Below, in pieces: positions 60,011 to 64,000 of a DNA stretch of 64,000 nucleotides (within the stretch, counting starts at the first letter, position 1; each line of letters opens with the position of its first letter). The notes beneath the pieces were generated by a model. The model saw only the letters and a program-made list of their open reading frames with translations, was not told where the DNA came from and did no database searches. Location of the stretch: contig NC_092395.1 of assembly GCF_030028105.1 (NCBI RefSeq), forward strand, positions 44,172,459-44,236,458, in the 5' to 3' direction. Origin of the DNA: Mobula birostris (taxonomy: Eukaryota). Made by a program: the position numbers and the translations under genes.

Positions 60011-63000
60011 CTAATGACTATATAAAGGGACATTATCTCGGGTCCTCTCCTTGAATAGTGACAATCAGAAAAATAATTGCTTCAGAAATAATGTCATGTT
60101 GGTTATCTGCAAAACTTACCCCCACAGTTTTGTTCACTGAATTCTGAGGAAGGAAATGCTAATTAGGTTTAATGGTTTTAATGAATTCATCCCCATTACA
60201 TTACCAAAGCTTGGTTCCCTTTCCATTAAAATTAAAGAAATAGAGAAACAAAGCAAGATGTGGAATAGGGCTGCAGTTCAATGTCACCACTTTACATCAA
60301 CCTAAGTCTAACTTAAAGTTAAATAACCCTTTATTTAGCTTTATTCTCATGAACCTGCTTTAATTCTATTTTTTTGATCAAATCTTCCCATGGTTTCTGA
60401 AACGGTGTGAGTCAGCATAGTCTGTGCAGCAGTAGTATCAATCCCACTGACATAATGACCAGTTTTCCATAATGAAGCATCTGCCCTCCTCAAACACCCA
60501 GCAATAGAGTCACTGATGGTGAGCAGGAGTGTGGAAATCTCGGCTGAGTTCCAGAGAAAGTTATCATTTTATTTCCCAAGAATAGGATTAAGCCTGTGAA
60601 CCTTCTTAGATAGCAAAAATGAAGATTTATATCCCTGACGTATTCAGTAACAGCTTTGTTTTTCATGGTCCTTCAAGCTCAGTGACAATCTACATTTAAA
60701 TAGTACGATTAAACTCATAATCCTAGTAAGACAATATTCTGGATTTTGATCCTAAAGTTAAGCAAATTCACAGAAAATAATTTTGTACTTTTACTTAGGA
60801 TCGACCATAAGGCTATCACCTGGCTCTGGACAAACCAAAGGGGGGGAGGGTGTGTGAGCTGAAGGGAGCAGCAGTAAAGAGCTGCTGGCAAAGGGAATAC
60901 CCAGTTTGGAGTCTCCATAAACGCAATCCAATTGTCACTTCTACCAGTGCAATTATTGACAAATGCATCTGCCATAAATGGATTGGTCAGGTTGAAGGCA
61001 AATATGTTTCCTCTTGCTGTTGTTCACTCACTATCTGCTGCAGGCTCAGTCCGGCAGTTCTGTCCTTCATGACTTGACCAACCCAGTCTGTGATGGTGCA
61101 ACCAAATCACCCTTGGTGACAGCCATTGAAGACCCAGAGAATGGTCTGTGTCCTTGAGCCTTTCAGTTGTTTCTCCAAGTTGATCAACTTGGAAATGTAC
61201 TGATTCATCATTGGAGGGAAGCTAGGAGGTGGTAATCGGGGGGGGGGGGGTGGGGGGGTCTCCTGTTTTATGTTTGAGCTGATGATATTAGACTTCACTG
61301 TGTCTGGATTCAAAGCTTAAGATATGAAGGGTTATGCCCTCTAGTGTATAGACCACTGTGCCCCCACCTCCAGAGAGGCTGTCCTTCTTTTGGGACAGGA
61401 CATACCCAGAATGGTGAGGAAGGAATCTGGCACAATGTCTGTATGGTATAATTCTGTGAGTATTGTCATGTCAGATTGATAGTGAACTAGTCTCTTGTTC
61501 ATTTTCTCAATTTAGACAGCAGTCCTAGATGTGTATGAGGAGAACTTTGCATCATCAACTGGACTAGGAATACTGACTGAGCTTGAACCTGAGAGTGACT
61601 GACCTTGATATCAAAGCCATATTGGACTGTGTGTGGCATCGAGGAACAGTAGTGAAAGTGATGTCATTGGGCATCCAAATGAAACGGGGCGGTAGTTAGT
61701 TCCATATTTTGCAGAAAGGGAGATCAAGCATTCCAGAACCAGGACAACTCTGCAGGGGTGCTTCAGGGCAGTATCCTCAGCCCAAACATCTTTCGCTGCT
61801 TCATCAATGATTTTTCTCCCATTAAAATCAGAAGTTGGGATGTTCACTGATCATCAAACATTCAATTCCAATTATAAACCCACAGCTAATGGTGCATCCT
61901 ATGCCTGTGTGTCACCCAGATGTCAACAACGCTCAGCAATCAGCTAATAAGCGACAAGTGATATTTGCTCCACCATGGTGTCAGGCAATGACCATCTCCA
62001 AGATCAGGGAATTTAGCTGTCTACTCTCGGTCAGGAAACGTAGAGGAGGCTTAATCCAAATACAGAACAATGGACACAATTTAGCTTTGAGTGATCACTT
62101 TAATAATAACCTGCAAAATAAAAATCCATGAGAGACTACAAAACGGGAGAACGGGTACTAAACACCACAGGCAACAAAGTAACGTAAAGTTGGAGCAACT
62201 GTTTGAGGCTGGCTGGTTTGATGGGTGAACAAGGAGTGCGAGTGTGGTCTGGGTTTCACTAGGCTGCAGACGATGAGTTGGAAATGAGTGACAGCACGTG
62301 TTAGTTGGGTGGAGACTGGGAGATGCCTGACAGGACACCCCCTCCCCAATAGCCTGCAGCTGATGGCCCACAACGGTCTGGTGGAACTCCTTGGTGAACG
62401 ATGGGTGCAAGATGAAACTGGACAGCACCAAAGATCTCTCCTCTGGGCAGTAGCCTTCCAAGTTAACCAGAACCCTGCACAGCCAGTCCGAAAGGGCATA
62501 AATCCATCAATCTTTTTCACAAAGCTAGTGGGAAGGTGCATAGTTTCAAGGGGATCAATAGACATCCAGAGGAATTTTCCCATAGCGGATGATTCGGGTG
62601 ATTAGAGGAAAATATGGAGGAATGTCAGCAGCATTGTTCGGTCAAGACACCGATGTGCTGTTGGCATTCCTATGTTTAAACTCTGTTTTTCTACCCTCTA
62701 TATGGGATTCTGTCTTCCCCCTGCACTTGGGCTCCATCATTGCCAGCACACACCACGACACCCAAATTGAAGTTGATGCTCCAAGGGATTATGTAAAAAG
62801 AATGTGCTATGAGACGCACCCAACCGCGCCAAATTCCGGGGTTTAGAAGCTCTAACTTTTTGAAATAAGGATAGCTAATGTGGCCCCGTTGAGGATTCAG
62901 AACCATCTCACAGATTAGTAGCCATGTTTTGGCACCTGGATTCAATATTAAAGCAGCATCTGAACGGAGGTTCAGGGCACGGGAGTAGCGCGCAGTGTGC

Positions 63001-63149
63001 TCTGGCCATTGTAGTCACTATTGGCGAGAGTTAGGAGGGCTGGCGGCTTGCGCCACCTTTAATGTGATTGAGGGGTGTGCCAATGGTGGGAAATTAAGAG
63101 GGGGAGTTAAGTGCACCTATTTTCTATGTTTCTATGATAGTATGGATTG

Positions 63150-64000
63150 GATTTGTCAAGAAATAAAAGAAAAGTGGGTTGGGGAACGGATTCGGAAGAG
63201 GAGGGTCTCCCGTTGATGGACATTAGGACTGGGGTAGAAGATGCTGTCAATTTCAAGATAACGATTACTTTCATAAACAATTGTGACAAAAGTCTTTATC
63301 CAGTTAGAATGACAAAGGCTATTCAGAAGTAAAATCAGCAATATGTCTCGGCAAAGGTAAGGTGCTGATTACATGTGCTGATTTAAAACAACAGTAGTAA
63401 ATACTGTTTTTACTCCGGGACGGGAGTAAAGGTTTTAGTACATTGGAAGGGTAAAATAAAGATTGGGGGTGTTATTTCAGGCGTATCTGTGAGTATCAAT
63501 TAGGGACAACCTGAGAGGGCACAAAGTTGTTTTGACTAAGAGATTGCAGAGTTGGAGAGGAGGGGAAAATATAATAGTTTGTCTGTACTTGTGTTTTTCT
63601 GATAAAATGCTGCCGTCAAGTCTAGTTAGGCTGCAATAGTTATTCAGTCAGCATGTATGACCGTCCTCCGTGGCCGTGTTTTAAACCTCAACGAGTGGAC
63701 CGTGTTGCTGCTTCTTGCCCGGAGAAATTGTGATGTGCAAAATGTGGAGGTGAAGATGAATATGGAAGTTGTGAAGATCATGCTGCGGCAAGATGCTGTG
63801 GGGGTGCTCACAGTGCTGCGAATTTAGGTTGCCCTGTTTTACAAAAGGCTCGGGAAATTCAGGTGAAGTTAGGGCGTAATATTTCTTATGCTGAAGCAGT
63901 GAGAATATTTGATTTCTCCAAATCTGTTTGGCGTCGGATTAAAACAGACACTTACAGGGATTCGGATAAAAGAGTATCATGGAGCGTGGAGGGGGGGAGG
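63150..64000 (+). mobile_element. Nimb/I-clade LINE ORF1 relic, running off the window
   Basis: Decayed zinc knuckles read CFKPQRVDRVAASC, CAKCGGEDEYGSC and CCG..AHSAA..GCP. They are followed by KAREIQ and ISYAEAVR (about 63655-63905). Confidence 0.65.

Noticed and set aside
62081-62945. Several overlapping 100-140 aa ORFs
   Set aside because: I could not recognise a domain or a consistent exon structure, so they are left unannotated.

Overview
This is vertebrate genomic DNA, most likely from a cartilaginous fish (the repeat content resembles that of rays; the taxon is inferred). Most of the window is nested, decayed transposable elements: CR1, RTE, Rex/Babar, L1/Tx1, Nimb/I, Penelope, several Ty3/Gypsy elements and solo LTRs, and one hAT relic. 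The only host gene I can support is a compact immunoglobulin light-chain cluster on the minus strand (about 33.66-36.13 kb). It has an octamer/TATA promoter, a leader exon, an already fused V-J exon with no RSS, a 1.2-kb intron, a C exon and a polyA signal. The sequence looks sigma-isotype-like, and two 1-nt deletions put it out of frame as assembled. Other notable items are: Penelope-derived fold-back mini-elements with 13-14 bp TSDs, the longer of which (plus a third, TSD-less copy) carries back-to-back minimal hammerhead ribozyme motifs; a full-length ORF1-only (HAL1-like) L1; a TSD-bounded Gmr1-type Gypsy element (integrase before RT) with an internally deleted 5' LTR; and an ancient inverted pair of LINE RT relics. 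All element classifications come from reading motifs by eye, not from database searches.
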